Of a stretch of DNA of 64,000 bases, positions 63,946 to 64,000 are shown piece by piece. The DNA comes from an uncultured Methanomicrobiales archaeon. Lineage in GTDB: Archaea > Halobacteriota > Methanomicrobia > Methanomicrobiales > Methanospirillaceae. A program made the translations under genes and the position numbers. Position 1 is the first letter of the stretch, and every line of letters starts with the position of its first letter. The stretch covers positions 96,001 through 160,000 of the forward strand of contig CAVWXH010000016.1 in the NCBI GenBank assembly GCA_963758915.1, written 5' to 3'. The notes below the pieces were generated by a model. It was not told the origin of the DNA. It saw only the letters and a list, made by a program, of their open reading frames with translations, and made no database searches.

Positions 63946-64000
63946 ATGACTGCAATTGTTGACGAAGGAAAATGTACTGCCTGTGAGACATGTGTCGATG
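63946..64000 (+). CDS. 4Fe-4S ferredoxin, 5' fragment (runs off window)
   Basis: MTAIVDEGKCTACETCVD with CxxCxxC; TATA-like TTTATAT about 45 nt upstream. Confidence 0.85.
   Translation, partial: MTAIVDEGKCTACETCVD

Overview
Core-genome region of a methanogenic archaeon, most likely Methanomicrobiales (inferred from gene content: A-type ATP synthase, PAN, aMBF1, archaeal RNase P RNA, TgtA/ArcS, PCNA/PriL, S17e, REC-PAS signalling genes). In order: the end of the A1Ao ATP synthase operon (E,C,F,A,B,D); a frameshifted pgk; adenine deaminase; signalling genes; beta-carbonic anhydrase; a glutaredoxin plus ferredoxin:disulfide reductase pair; a six-gene bacterial-type acetyl-CoA synthase operon; DtxR-FeoA/FeoB; MscL; PAN/MBF1; an aromatic amino acid supercluster; a U32 protein; tpiA; rnpB; archaeosine genes; NfnAB; moaA/rlmE; pcn/priL; dapA/dapB. 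The most striking system is the ACS operon (acsB-acsD-acsC-acsV-mesB-cooC, 19378-27498). It has no CO dehydrogenase and no AcsE methyltransferase but carries a folate-independent methionine synthase, suggesting a dedicated acetyl-CoA-to-methionine methyl shunt that releases CO. Also notable: (i) a dispersed, nested family of MITE-like repeats with IS903-type ends in most large intergenic gaps; (ii) a 58-aa membrane protein gene, missed by the ORF track, antisense to the priL tail; (iii) two single-base +1 frameshifts (pgk, DtxR regulator) that may be assembly errors. All assignments come from motif recognition by eye; no database searches or alignments were run.
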